From the NCBI GenBank assembly GCA_010093605.1, contig MU004203.1, positions 86,156-150,155 on the forward strand: a stretch of 64,000 nucleotides of DNA, read 5' to 3'. The stretch's first letter is position 1. Each line of letters starts with the position of its first letter. The DNA comes from Lophium mytilinum (taxonomy: Eukaryota). The position numbers and the translations under genes were made by a program. Positions 25,732 through 39,020 of this stretch are shown here, piece by piece. A model generated the notes under the pieces. The model searched no databases and was not told where the DNA came from. It worked only from the letters and a program-made list of their open reading frames with translations.

Positions 25732-25884
25732 GCCTTCGGGCATTTGGTCAATTTGAAACAACACAGAGAAGGTGTGTACCATTCCTCGTAACACTCAGCT
25801 TCAAAACTAATATCTGTCAGATTAGCATGGCCCCTGCACTAAGGATGACACGCTTTATCAAAGAGTAGCTTCAAATAATTTTTT
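25732..25884 (+). ncRNA. U6: U6 snRNA copy 2 with 49-nt spliceosomal intron (25772..25820)
   Basis: GCCTTCGGGC..ACACAGAGAAG|gtgtgt..actaat..tcag|ATTAGCATGGCCCCTGCACTAAGGATGACACGC..T8; exons nearly identical to copy 1. Confidence 0.94.
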
Positions 25885-25910
25885 TTAGCTTTTTTAATGT
25901 GCTTAGACCA

Positions 25911-25920
25911 GGTTCGAGCC
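25911..25920 (+). promoter_or_regulatory. Pol III B box downstream of U6 copy 2
   Basis: GGTTCGAGCC about 25 nt after the T8 terminator. Confidence 0.72.
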
Positions 25921-26666
25921 GCTTGGCGGCCACCTTTTTCTTTTTGCCTGTAAATAGGCGAAGGATATAGGCACCATTATCAGCCCTGTTATTGCCATTC
26001 GCTCCATCCATCAGCCATAACGGGTATGCAACGCGTGAACCTCGCGCAGTGTAGGCAACGCGTTGGTCAGGGTCTGGCTGGAGGTGTTCGAACTGGGATG
26101 GTTCTCCATTTATCTACTCCAACAAGGTAACAGAAAGAAGGGCTCTCTTTCTATCGAGGCCTGCAAAGTACCCAGCCTACAGTATTAACTCTGTAATTGT
26201 TATATTTTATAGTATAGGTAGCTTCTTAGGAGCCTTCACCTAGCGAGGTCGATGACGACTTGGGGCTCCGCATGAGTCTGTAAGGCATTAAAGGAGACCG
26301 ACCGCGCTCTATTTACTGTGGCTCGCGCTTCGATAAAGTGTTGTAAGTAGAATGGTACGTAATAAGACGGACATTACTATATGCACTTGCTATATTGCAT
26401 GTTGATCATTATTGGAGAGTCCTACCTGCATACTGGGAGTACGGCCCTTAACATCAAGATGTGAGACGCAAGGCTCTAGGGTCTGTACATATGGGTCAAC
26501 ACTTTCTCATGCATTGATTGATCTGTCCTTTGCTTATAAGTTATTGATGATTCAATAGATCTTGTAGTCATTCCTATCTCGCTACGGCCTGGCATGCACA
26601 CAGATCGAACATAGCGTCTACATAAGAATATGAGGTGAGATATCCATACCGTCTCACACAAGCTCT

Positions 26667-29600
26667 CTAAAGCTCGTCCTCCATGCTTTCGCCATTTCCT
26701 TCATTTGCAGCACTCCAATCTGGCATCTCCTCATCCTCGCCTTCGACATGGCCCGTGGAGGTCCACTCCCGGACCACAAAGATGAAGCGCTCTCCTTCTT
26801 GGCGAACAGTGATTATTGGACAATCAAGGGTGGTGTTCTCTTCAGATTGAGTGGGAGAAACGTTATCGGTAGGCGCAGTAGAGGCTTCACCATTCGTAGG
26901 ATCTCCGACGCTGATGCCTGCGTCAGCACTTGTGGACTCGGAGTTGTCGTTAACATCCGTAAGGTCGACAGTATCCGCTTCCCGTTCCACGTTCTGCTCA
27001 CCTCCCCGGCCGTCATTCCTGAAGACCTTCATGAAGCGGATGCACTTGGTTTCGAACCCTCTCCATGTGCGTGTCTTCTCTCCAAACTTCGCTTGGAAGC
27101 GCTTGAACATTGCCACCCAGCCAGGATAGGCCCTAGACGCCGCTTCACCTCCAGGCATATTCTGAACTTCTCTTCGGAACTCCGTCTCAATCCAATCCAG
27201 CTCCTCCGGACTCCAGAGGCGGCGGTCATAGCCGGCAATGCGACTGCCACCGCAACGGCGGATGTATAGGCGTCGCCAGCTATTGATGATGGTGATCCAA
27301 TCTTGGTTGGACCAATCCACCTCGTCTGCGTGCTTGTATCGCCAGATCACCACTTCCTGGGTGATCTTATGCCTCCGGCGGACAACTATATCTCTTGGTT
27401 GGTCACGCTCGTACGCAGGGCCGTCGGCATCTAGTATCTCCCAGTTCGCCTTGTCCTCGTCTGAAAGTCTCTCATCTTCATCACCCTCATTGGCGAGGAT
27501 TGACAGTGTCGAGACACCTCCGGCGCCAACCGAGCCTTCGTCAAGTGCGTTGGAGGAGACCTGTGCACTACCGGAAGGGCCCGCTTGGGCGGTTTCAGTG
27601 TCCAGTCTAGCCTTTTTGCGGGCCGGCGCCTGAGTATTTCGAGCTGCCCGAGGCCTAAGCACTCTTCCAGTATGTCCTCTATCTTCTGTGCCACCTTGGG
27701 TCACGTCAGATTCGTGACAACCCTCGTTGTTGGGGCCATTGTTTTCAGCTGGCATTCGCTCTTCATCATTCTCGTCGAGGGACAGACCCCTCTTCCGCTT
27801 TCCAAGATTTGTCCTGCTTTCAATCGGCGCGGACGTAGTGGTTGCGTTTTCTGTAAGCCTAGTCGAAGGAGGCTGCAGGTTAGGGTTGGCGATACCAGTA
27901 CTTGTCCCTTGATCAGCTATGTCCATTCGTTCGCCAGCGGCTTCACTTCCTCCTCTGGAAACAACTTCGGCCCCACGAGAAGAACCTCCAGTATTGTTAT
28001 TCGATTGGCTGCTGGTGAGTGACTCGATATGGTGTTCACGAACGGGCATTGAAGAGGTGATGTTATCCAAGTTAGGAACACTCCTGTTGAGTGGGGCTGT
28101 GGGCAAGGTACTCGGCAGTTCCTCAAACGGGTAGAGATGCTTAAACATATCACGAAACCGATCTGCGTAGGCTTTGCCATTTGGCCGGGCCTGAGCTAAG
28201 GCGATCCTGTCCAGAGTCGTGGCGTCCTCAGTGATAAGTGTAGCTTGCGTCTCCTGAATGCGCTCATCTTCCTTAGACAGCACATAATGAATGCTCCTCT
28301 GAAGGTCGGCCGGATTGAAGCCACCTAGGAATGGTATAGGATACACGGCATCGTATAGACTGAGGGCCGCTTGGTTCAGAGACCCGGTGAAATGTTTCAA
28401 GACGGCGGGCATCCTGTCATCCACAAAGCGAGGTCCGGGTCCCCTTTGGTATTCTGTCTCAGTGACCGGAGATTTCCTATTGTGTGATTCTGGAGCCTGT
28501 ATGAACGCTGAGGGTATCTTCTCTTCAGCAGATCGACGGCCACTTCGACGCTGAAATTGGGGAGGCACAGCCATTGGCAATGGCTGGTCGTAGTCTACCC
28601 GCTCCTTGTGAGACTTGACACTCTCCTCAACAATTTTGACCTGTGCAAGCATACGAGCCTCGTCTGCGGCTTTTTGGGTGGTGAATCGACGAGTATTTCT
28701 CGCAATCGCTGCGTTGTCCTGATTTCTAGTCCTCTGAGCCTCTTCATGCTGCCGAGCAAATGTGCTCTCGATACGGTCAAGGTGATCTTGACGCTCCTGG
28801 ATCCAGTCCTGTTTCAAGTCCTGGATTCTTTTCTTGAGGCCCTCTAGCTTATTCTGCATACCCTCAAGCACGATCGGTATCATCAAAACAGGTTGTCGTT
28901 GGATTTCGATCATGAGTTCGTCCCCTGGGTCTTTGCCGTACACGTCGCGGAATACCATTCTAGGCAAAGCCTCGCTGGTCCCCGTGAAGTCTGCGGGAAT
29001 AATCATGAAGCGTCGCTTCTCAGGGGCGGTCTGGTTAATCTGATCATTCACACGCCGGAGAAGTGGTATCATCTTCTCACAGCGGTGCATCGTGATCCAC
29101 ACAAATTCTTCCTCGTCTTGGACCGGATCTCCATCTCTGTGTACTCGGAAGTCTGGATCCGCAACATCTGGCTTGAGCAAATGCGCAGTCTTCTTGAGAT
29201 CCTCGGCCGCACGTCCGTTCCGCACTGCCTCTGTGTGGTTGTACTCGGTTCCAAGCTCACGTAGCTCGTTTGGAGAAATGGCCATCTGCCCGGGCAGCTT
29301 GAGGGCGTCGTGAAAGGACACCGCACGATATTTACCGCTATATACGACAAGGTCCGGCGTTGGATTCTCGTAATACTGACAAGCAAAATGGCATCGCTTG
29401 ACAGTTCGACCGTAGCCCTTGGCAAACTGCTTGTTCTTCCCGTACAGATATCTACATTTCTTACACGGCTTGTACGCTACGGTGAGCGGGCAGTACTTCC
29501 ATGTACCAACAAGCTGGCCGTCGGCATCGGCCATGACGCCGTCTCCTAGACCACCAGGCTGAAGACGGCCGTCATTAACGATGTTTATCTTGGTTTTGTT

Positions 29601-30776
29601 GTCGTTCGACGAACTCGAAGGTTCGCTCGGCATGGGGAGGCCTTCACCGGACTCTGTTATAGGGTCCGTTACTTGGAAGTGCTCCTGCTCGATGAAGGTA
29701 ACGTTCTCCAGGTAGCGTCCAACAGTCCAATCCTTCTCAAAAAGCTTCCCGATCGCTTCCGCCCCTTCAAGCTCTTTCCCAGTCTGTATGGCGTGTCGCA
29801 GAGCGACCGAATACTCGTCAGGGTGAATTGGTAGATCATTAGGCTCTGGCCCATCCGGTGCGGCGACAGTCAGTTGTGGCCAGTTCTGATTTGGCTTGGG
29901 AAGAAAGACTACATCTTCTGCTGTTCCGAGGACACTACGAAGCTGGTGAATGTTAGATGGAACTATGGGAGAGCCACGGAAAGGGCAAACACTTACATCA
30001 GTCGCGTAGGCTATCGCGAGACGAGTCGTCGCAGCATCCTGGGCGCCCTGGACATGGACGTCGTTCCCCACGGCCTCTTTCTGTAAAGCATGCCGGATAT
30101 CTAGTGGTAGTTCGGTTGGCACACTCGCCGCGTCCGCCGCCCATCGCGCCATTCTCCTCTCATCGCGACCTTCCGCGGTATTGGGGTCTGCCATCTCGTC
30201 ATCTTTCCTGGCCTTAGCGGTGGGCTTCCGTTCGCGTCGTGGGCGTAGGTCTGCTTGAACAGCGTCTGCATTGTCCTTCTGATCTGTTCCTTTTTGGTCC
30301 TCCTTCAAGTTCTTTGATTTTGACTTCTTTAGCGCAGCTACATCACCCTTAGTCGTGGTTGCGGCCTTTTCTGGGGACTTGGTGGTGAGTGTCCTGGCGA
30401 TCCTTCTACCGCGCGCAACAGTTTCGATAGCGACGACAGCAGCATCCTCCATGAGGTGATCTTCTCCCACATGGGTGGTAGCAATTTGGTTTTGCGCGAG
30501 AGTGCTAGGTTGCGCGACTCCAGTCGTATGGGTACCAGCGCTTTGGACAGCGCGCGTCGGGTTCTAATTGCGGAGGTCAGCTTCATCTTTGCCATCGCTG
30601 GAAGGGTATTGTGTACTCACCGGAAGCTGGATGGGTCCCGTGTTGCCAACCTTGGCCCTTTTGCTGCCCTTCGCCTTCGGTAATGCTGTCGCATTGTTCT
30701 GCAACATCGGAGGATTGGCTGGCGCATCTTCCTGCGCCTTTCGCTTGCGCAGGCGCGCACCTGTAGTCTCTTCCAT
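26667..30776 (-). CDS. Family member 2 (about 1332 aa; introns 30620..30564 and 29996..29943)
   Basis: MEETTGARLRKRK exon splices in frame (GTGAGT..CTGAC..TAG) to the 1267-aa ORF; second in-frame GTAAGT..CTAAC..CAG intron after ATD. Motifs DWTVGRYLE, GDGVMADADGQLVGTWK, CKKC..CHFAC, QPVLMIPIVLEGMQNK, DWSN..NSWRR..WSPEE..W..RTWRGF. Confidence 0.87.
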
Positions 30777-32532
30777 CCTGCACAAATATGGTTGTGGTTC
30801 GAGGAGTATGGCGAAGTTTATTGGTGTTGCCAGGTACTTCTCTGTGGGGGTGATGGAAGGTGCTCTGGTGGAGGAAGCTGTAGGGAAATGGAGCTTAAAC
30901 AGAGAAATGATGCTAGAAGTATGGTAATGCGCCGAGAATAACGCCGACACTATATCCACGGTGAATGATCTCCTACGAGCGACTCGAGAGGTCATTCACT
31001 AACCACCTCGAACGCGTAAACATCGCGTCGATCTGAGCAACGCGAAAATCTACGCGCAGAGAGTCTTGCAGCTATATATCTCTCTGTATGATAGAAATCT
31101 AGACATTTAAATAGGTGTTTTGGCGGTATAGATACGCCCCTGAAGTCCGAACGTAGTTGGAACACTTGCGTCAAACCTACCTGTACTTATAGGCAGTTTC
31201 AACGCACCGCAGATCAGACGACTAGTTTTCCGCGTGACGCTGGAAACTGCTTGGGTTAACCATCTGAGCCTGCTTGATCGAATGAGGTTTGGCGCAGTTT
31301 GATAGCGATCCTGGCGCTCCGGAACATACTATCAGTTTAGTGCATAGACATCTGCCCAACTCCTTCCCCGACGGCCTTTGCATCCTACTTGGCATTGAAA
31401 TGACAAGCTAGGGGACTTCGTACGGCAGCATCTGGGTGGAAGATCGTTCGTTGTAAAGCATCTAATCTAGACGCTAATATTTCTTACATCCTGTTTGGCA
31501 CCTTGATCCCGTCTTAGAGGACCTTAGGCGCCGGCATAGACTTGGAAAAGGGAAGCGCAAAGGCATGCCTTTTTCCTAGGGTGTCGCTCCCTAGATCCTA
31601 TTACCGCCTTGAAAAATTTGGTAAGGCACTCCTGACATTGTTAAGTTGGCGGAAAATATGTAGATTTAGCGGCATTCTCATTTGAAGCGTAAAGAACGTT
31701 ACATGCTATCCGAGTTTTCACGACGTAGCAGAGGACTCTTGCTACTGCTTGAACGTGGAAAATGGGTACTTTCAACCCCTGTGTAATTTTATGGTTTTGG
31801 AATAGTACATCCAGTTGAATCTTTTACGATACGCCGGAGATCTCGTGACGCTGCTTTCAAGCGGTAAGAGGATGTGGAAAGTGTACCAGTAATACTTGAT
31901 CTTTTAATCGCCTTGGATGGTACATTTATCTCGAGTTTATATAGTCCGTTTGAGGACTTCCAATACCGCTGGCAGTGTGAAAAGTGCTGGAGTCAGCCAC
32001 TTAATGGTCTGAAGAGGGTTGAACTGTAAACGTAACATCCGGTGTGAGAATTAATTGCATGTTGGCCCGCCTTATACTGCGGTAGCTGGAAAGCCAATCG
32101 GTGAAGATGACAGGAAAAAAAGGATGCCGAGAGATAGAAAAGCTCATGAGTGAAAGCACAAGAACAAAGGAACGAAGAGGGTATGGGAGAAGATTGTGGC
32201 GTGTCAGGATATATTTTTGCACAATAGCCAGGCAACGTAAGCGATATTGAGAGAACTTGTATTGTTATGACCGAAAGAAACTACTTTACAAGACAAAATA
32301 AACGCAGAAGGGCATGCCCACTACGGGCACAACAAGTCCAACTACGATCAATACCCTTAATTTCCTCCCTCTTCGTCCCCTTCCTGGGCCCCCCTTCTAT
32401 GTGTTCGTCCTTTGTCTCCGCTCGAACCTCATCGCCGTACCCACTCCGAGTAAGCAATCTCACCAAAGACGAACTACTCCGTGCCTCCCTACCGGGACTC
32501 TTGAGTTGTGGGAGAAGTTCTATTGAGAGCAC

Positions 32533-33276
32533 CTACTCTGACTGATCGTCGTCGGCATTTTGAGCGTCTTCTTCTGCCTCGGAGGTTGGGAGAGAGGACA
32601 GAGAACTGCTCGTCGTGCTCTGGGTGTGGCTGGGGGGCTCGAAGCCGAACATTCTTCTCAGGTTGTTAGCCCTAATGCGGTCCTCTTCGTGGACGTGTCT
32701 CAACACAGCTTGGGCGGTCGGATCGTTCTCCCAAGTTAAGGCATGGGTAGCGTTGGATTCATTGGCGCGAGGCTTCAGCTTGCGTGCGTTCCGGGCCTGT
32801 CTGGCCTGCTCTTCGATGTATGTTGGACCAAAGCCCTCGAGAATGTCTGTGCGGATGGAGAAGCCGTAGGGGTTCTGAAGGGCATTGTGAAGGGCGACCT
32901 CTCGGGGCTGGTACTGGATGGAGTCCGCGCGTCCCTTTTCTTTCAGTTCTGGGCCAACAAGATGCTCTTTGCGCCAGCATCCAATGATCTCTCCTGTCAA
33001 GTCTGCAATCACGCCGTGTCCGAAGTTCCGCTGATCGAGACCGCCGGTGTTGTATATCGTCAAGCATGTAGTTGCTGTTGCTTGGGTTGAGAGGGGAGTA
33101 GGCCCCTGGGCGGGAATGATGGCGATTTGATCAAGAGGGATAAATGTGGCACCCTCAAGCTTCGTAGCATCTTCTTGATGGACGGCTACATCTTGACACC
33201 AGTTTGTTCCCACAGCCTGAGGTGCCGATATGACTGCAGATGGCCCAATCCCCGTAGTTTTCGATGTTAAGTCCAT
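32533..33276 (-). CDS. Short family member (about 247 aa) with only the N-terminal novel domain, Cys cluster absent
   Basis: LEGATFI..NTGGLDQRNFGHGVIADLTGEIIGCWRK..REVALHNALQNPYG..FGPTY aligns with members 1-3. Confidence 0.7.
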   Translation of the reverse strand: MDLTSKTTGIGPSAVISAPQAVGTNWCQDVAVHQEDATKLEGATFIPLDQIAIIPAQGPTPLSTQATATTCLTIYNTGGLDQRNFGHGVIADLTGEIIGCWRKEHLVGPELKEKGRADSIQYQPREVALHNALQNPYGFSIRTDILEGFGPTYIEEQARQARNARKLKPRANESNATHALTWENDPTAQAVLRHVHEEDRIRANNLRRMFGFEPPSHTQSTTSSSLSSLPTSEAEEDAQNADDDQSE

Positions 33277-35073
33277 TTTTCGCTGTTGGAAGTGTTTTGG
33301 CTGGGCAGTGTTGAGTGTACAGAGCACGCTGAGATCGGTGGGGTTTCAGAAGCGTGGGATGGATGAAAGGGGTCGATTGAAGTCGCCGATCAAGGATGTG
33401 AGGCGTTTGAAGGTTGGTGGAGTTCTATGAGGTTGAACACGAGAGTGGTAGAAGATTGAAGTTCTTGCGGTTAAGCTGTGAGGCGCACTAGGGTTGACAC
33501 ACCGTGGAGAGCTTGGTAGTCGATAAAGAAGAGCCTGTGGATGGATGACAAGCGCTGGGATATGACCATTGGAGTCGCTGAAGGAGAGGAAGATAGATGA
33601 GGAGTCTTGAGGGCTGGCTACAGAATGTGTCGTCGCAGGTACATGTGAATGATGTGTGGGCGTCCGTGCGCTCTTGTTCTTTGATTGTCATCGTAAGGTT
33701 GATGCAGGGCGCCTACAATCTACTCTTTTCGCGGCCATCGCAGAGTAGCTGATAGCTCCATCTGAATAGTACATAAAGCTTCCATATCAGTTAAAATAAG
33801 CCCGGTACCATTTGATCTATACTTCAGTCCTGGCCAAAAGCACTTGAAACAGTTGCTCGTCAGTGAAATTTATCTCCCACCCCTGGATCAGCAACAACTT
33901 TGAATTGGGGACATATGAACCGACGTTGGGTATCATGTCTATGACAACTGCGAAGGGGAGGCTTATATCCGCATTTAATTATATCGTATATGTTGCATAA
34001 TGATTGGATTAAGAAGATGAGCCCTTGTGCCACTCTACTTCAGGCACTATATCTCAAATTATAGCGCGTAAATGCGGTCTTATTTCAACTGAACTATACC
34101 TCACATACGCGCAATACCATACCTGTCCATATGCCTGTGTCCCTGCCTACTGCCCAAGCTCTGGAAAGCCAGTCCTCCTTCGGCCGCAGTGACGACGCAT
34201 CCCAATATCCCATTTCTTGCCTCCCTATCTTTTCTCTCCGAGATGTTGCCTGAGCACATAGCTTGTACAGATTGGAAGCCGGCTAGAATAATCCCTTTAG
34301 TCGGAAAAGGAAGGCCGCTCGAATCCGCGCAGCAAAATCACGAAGGGGTATAGCGGAGACCGGTAGTGGAAAGGGGTTCAGGAGGAGGATTAGAAGGGAG
34401 GCCCGAGGGCATCGAGGATACCGGTGGAAGAGCTTGATGGCCGAAGCAGAATGCCGAGATGGAAGGAATCTGGAGTTTTGGTCGATGAATATAAAGGCTA
34501 TGTCTGACTGAACTATTATATCTCTATTCTAGCACCTCGGAATTGAAAGAGTAGCACATTCATCCCAGAATCAATGTACATGCATGGATGCCACTGCCTG
34601 AAATTATTCAATGTGTTTCCAGAAAAATGCGTCGATACGTTCCGACAGACTTGAAAACTCGCTAGAGGACTCCAAGTGGCATACAGGTGTAGACATACGG
34701 GATTAGGGTGCCACTTTTATACTTCTAATATGCCCGGCTTGCCACTTCACCCGCGCCATCAGCTTACCGCATTCGCAGTCCTTGACTGTGCAGACCGCAA
34801 CCACGCACAATTCCTTCCTGATCTCGAGAAGCCGTCGAAAATGAATCCGTACGCTGCTGACTCTGCTCACACCAACAACCCCCCGTCGCCCAGAGGTATT
34901 GCTTCAGACAGATAGTTTCACAATTTTTGACTTTGAAGCTGACAGTGAGCCACGCAGAGACCTCCTACTCGCTCTTTCCTACCATCGAATTGTCGCCAAT
35001 GCCGTCTGCGAGCATTCCCTCTACCACAACCAATTCTCCCTCGAAGCAAAGCCAACAACCTCTCCGCACCACA

Positions 35074-35403
35074 ATGGCCGAAGTCAGCGAAAACCTCGCC
35101 GACTCCCGCACCAGGGCGATGAGATTCGCTAGGAGGAACCTAGCATACATCATCCTCGGCGTCTTCATAGTCGCTTGCATCCCAGCGGTCGTCGCCCTCT
35201 TCGTCTGTAAGTGCGGCCTGTCATTTAGCGCTTTGTTAACGAGCATTTGTGTTAATAAATAATAGTTGGCCGGAACTACTTCAACTCAAACCCAAGTACG
35301 GACTAGAGCTAATTCCTCTTTCCGCACAGCTCGATCACAACTGCGGTCATGTAATGGCGTTTGCGGGTTGCACTTCTCGAAATACGATGATATCCCTGGC
35401 TAG
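35074..35403 (+). CDS. Possible small spliced single-TM protein
   Basis: MAEVSENLADSRTRAMRFARRNLAYIILGVFIVACIPAVVALFV followed by a GTAAGT donor at 35207; downstream exons uncertain. Confidence 0.3.
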
Positions 35404-35964
35404 TCATGTACACAGAGACGATACAAGTGTTACTTCAATTGAGCTGCAAACACAACGCGGCTTCAAGACAAACTTCATCTTCTTCTGATTTTGGGACCTG
35501 ACTTTGATGTGGTTCTACTAAGCCTGTAGAGCTCTGGCCATACTACAGAAGAAACTGTTGTGCAACGTTCTACAGGTTGTGAATGTGACCGTGTATGCGA
35601 TGGATTACGCACCTTTCTAGCACCGTCTGAGGTGGTCTGGTATGCTCTCAAAACTCCCAAGAGGATGGTTTGACAAGGCTAATAGTCCTCCGGTCCACCC
35701 CAAACGGTATTGGACTGCTCTAAGCTGCCTGCCCCAGCTGGAAACAAAGCGGCATATCAAAGGCACTAACGCTTTCAAGATCATCTTATGCTTGCAATGT
35801 AGACACTTCCTATGCATGATGGCTCTAGCTCATTACCGTTTGAGGTCCCCCAATGCGTCATCAAAAATAATAAATATATAGTCTTAACAAGTGTAGTAGC
35901 CTGCCTTGCCATCTCTAACGGTGCTGGGCTGCTGCTATGTTCTCAACATAGCCCTAATTTTCCC

Positions 35965-36295
35965 CTGAATCGTCGCCAGCTATGTTGTCCTAAAGTGTCT
36001 CAGGAAACTAACTTGCCATGCTCCACGCTTAAGCTCGCATGTGAGACCAACCTTTTCCATATTCTTCTTCCATGTGTTCACCGCCGTCTGTAGTATCTTA
36101 AAGTGTCTTAAGAAACGATTTCGCAATGTTAATTGCTTAGGCTTGTGAAATATACTAGGCTTTTCTATACTCTTTTTCATATACTTACCGCCGTTGGTGG
36201 TGTCCTAAAGCGTGCTAGAAACCCACCTTGCAATGCTGTACACCTGTGCTCTCACCGCCGTCTGTGGTGCCGTGAGAAGTCCGAGGAAACCCGAT
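35965..36295. repeat. Degenerate about 108-bp tandem repeat (about 4 copies, last partial)
   Basis: c.ccgccgt..gt.gt..c.taaag.gt....gaaac recurs at about 35970, 36078, 36186 and 36253. Confidence 0.55.
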
Positions 36296-37364
36296 AAGCT
36301 CATTTCTTGAGGCCTGAAGATCAGACCTTCTCTGTCGATGCTAGTTCTCTCTGCCCATTTTTCTTACCGGGCTAGACTACAGGGGGATTGAACATGTTCC
36401 CGCTTGGGAATCCTGCTAGCTTGCCACCGTTCGAGGTACCTCAGATACGTCATTAGAAGCTTAGAACTACTTGTGCTTCAAGGCAGTAGTGCAGGTCGTT
36501 GTCTTTCTTGTACGACTCCCCCATGTCTTTCCCTTGTCAAGATGGCGTCTTATTATATTGGAGATGATCCCTCTACGGATTTCCGCTCCTTCGCCGCCGT
36601 TAGAGGCGCTTGGATGCTTCATTACGAATCTACAAGAGATGGTATGGTCTGGAAAAGAGATACGAGACTACTAGCAAACTACAATACTCTAACAAAAAGA
36701 ACCTTTCAGAGCGTCCTGCCATAGTTTTGAAAGTCTAGAGACAGGGATGCACAAATTAGAGCCTCGAAACTAGATCTTCATTATTTACACTGCTCTGTGC
36801 TCCTCTTCTAGCTTAACTGGGGCTTACGTGATTGTAGATTTTCGCGGGTTTGCCGCTGTTTGAGGCATTTCGGTAGATATTTACACAACATGTCTGCTTG
36901 TGGACAAATGATTTGAAACCGCAGTCGAACCATAACAGTTCCAATACTGAAGAATGGTGATCTATCTTACTATATTATCAGGAGTCGGCAGAAAGATGAT
37001 TTCGAAGCCAGTAATTTAGACCTTCTCTTCCTGTACAACATTCACGCTTCCTTGCCAGCGTTTGACTGGCGTCGTCATATCACAGAAGGCTATCGCAGGG
37101 TATAAAAGTCCGAGCAATACAGTCTTGAGAGCGTTGTTCTAGCGGGATTGATTACGGGCAATTGCCCTCCCACAACTCCAAAGCTCTCTTCTTGGCTTCC
37201 ATACCCATGCACATCTGTTATGGCTCCGCTTCGCTTCAATCGCTCTCTCGTTATGATGGAGTATGGAAGTAGCGAAGGTGCCGGAGGAGGTGTTAAGAAG
37301 TCGCCACACCGCAGTTTGGTGGGGGCCATAGTATGGGGGGGGCGAGCAGCTCGCCGTTTCTGCA

Positions 37365-37850
37365 CCATGTTAACCGCCTTTCATCAACGTTTGGAGTTTT
37401 TGAGCACCTTGAGAAAAAAATAAGATCGATGTCACGCTCATGACCCTTCAACTTTCAAACCCTATTTTCGCCCCGTGTTGAACGCCTTTCATCGACGTTT
37501 AGAGTCCTCTGGCGCCCCGAGAAAGATCAGTCCGGATGTCCGTTTCGCAACTCTGCAGCTTGCGCGACCAATTTCCGCACTGCTTTGGCTGCTCTTTACC
37601 GATGTTCAGGCCCCCCAAGCAGCATTAGAAGAGTCCAGGGAAATGTTATGGCTACTCTTCTCAAGTCTTACACCCCATCCCCGAATCGTTTTGATCGCCT
37701 TTTGCCGACTTTAGGGGCCCTCAAGCCAGCACGAGAAAGTCTTGCGAGAATTTCACGTATCTATCTCTTCTAACCTCGACGTGCCTTTTGACGCCGGTTT
37801 AATCCGTCTTGAACAACGTTTGAGGTGCCCTGGCAGCTTCGGGAATCGAA
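37365..37850. repeat. Degenerate about 107-bp tandem repeat (about 5 copies)
   Basis: gtt.a.cgccttt..c.acgtt..ag....gagaaa recurs at about 37367, 37475, 37582, 37688 and 37796. Confidence 0.6.
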
Positions 37851-38346
37851 GCAGAAGGGAAAGAAAGAGGATGTGAGAATACAAAGCTAGTCGTGAGGGA
37901 GCCTGGATGGTGATAGTTGCCTAGGGAGCTCTGGTGTTAGCTCTTGGAAGTTTTGTTCGTTTCGACAATAGATTAGTACATCTGAGCCACCTTTGGGGGT
38001 TGTAGGTGTATATGGGCAGGTGTGTGGGGGGCAGGTGTGTGGGGGTATGAGAGTAGAGATCTGGCTGTACGATAGTAGGAACTATACGCAGAGCCATGGG
38101 AGGCGCTTTCTTGCCTCCGGCTTCAAGTCCGGCTGGGTATCGATCACTGTCAGCAAGTCACGTGAGTGCCAAGACACTAAGACAAGAGCCGAGTTTCCTG
38201 CTGCTCTGTCCTCGGTTTCAACCACAACAAGTCAACCTCCTCATCTCGTGCTGCTGCCCGCCAAATGCTCTGGCCTCCTTATATATCCTCCGGCTAGTTT
38301 TTTGGTCATGGAGACCAACGTGGAGCTCTCGTCGCAAGCTGCTACC

Positions 38347-39020
38347 CCTCGACCCTCGGTTTACCTACCTTCGAAACAGAAATGCGAAGACTCTGGTGGC
38401 AAGTTGCTGGATAACCAAGGGCAGGAACACTTCTCTTCCCGTCGACGTTCTCCGCATTGAGGTGAACCAGCGCTACAGCTCTAAGCTGGACGAGGGACAG
38501 ACATCCAACATGATCAAATTTGCTGTTACCTACCCCAAGGAGTGCTGGGCTACTGTTGAAGCCGGGCACTATGGCTGCGCCGAGAAACTTGCCAGGACCG
38601 CGCCGAGCCGTGTCTACGTTTTCATCAGCTCATGTTCATGCCTGGTATGTTCTAGATGCTGCCTCTCTGATCTTTCCGCTGGGCTGACACCGTCATGAGG
38701 CCGATCCCATCAATGGGAGGCGTGCATAAGCTAGGATGAGACGCATCTGAAGCGCCATCACAGGCACAGTTATGAACATCGGCGACCCTATATTGTCCTC
38801 GACTCTCGGTTTACTTGCGTTCGACACAGAAATGCGAAGAAGACTCTGATGAGAAATTGTTGAACAGGATGGCTACGCCAAGAAACTTGATGGGACAAGC
38901 ACCGTCATGACTACCGGTGATACAAGAGTGCGAAGCAAACTCCAGTGGCAGATTTCTCGACAGGATGGCTACGCCGAAAAACTTGATGAGATAAGCACCG
39001 TCATGAATATCGGCGATACT
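38347..39020 (+). repeat. Local repeat cluster, one copy interrupted by an Argonaute fragment
   Basis: cctcgac.ctcggtttac..acagaaatgcgaaga at 38347 and 38797; atggct.cgcc.a.aaacttg at 38570, 38869 and 38965. Confidence 0.7.
38412..38569 (+). pseudogene. Argonaute (QDE-2-like) PAZ-L2 linker fragment
   Basis: LPVDVLRIEVNQRYSSKLDEGQTSNMIKFAVTYPKECWATVEAG matches the Argonaute motif P.E...I...QRY..KL...QT..MIKFAV..P..R...I. Confidence 0.8.

Noticed and set aside
35900..36850. RIP signature
   Set aside because: Some TpA/CTAG richness by eye, but no RIP index was computed and the window is not strongly AT-rich.
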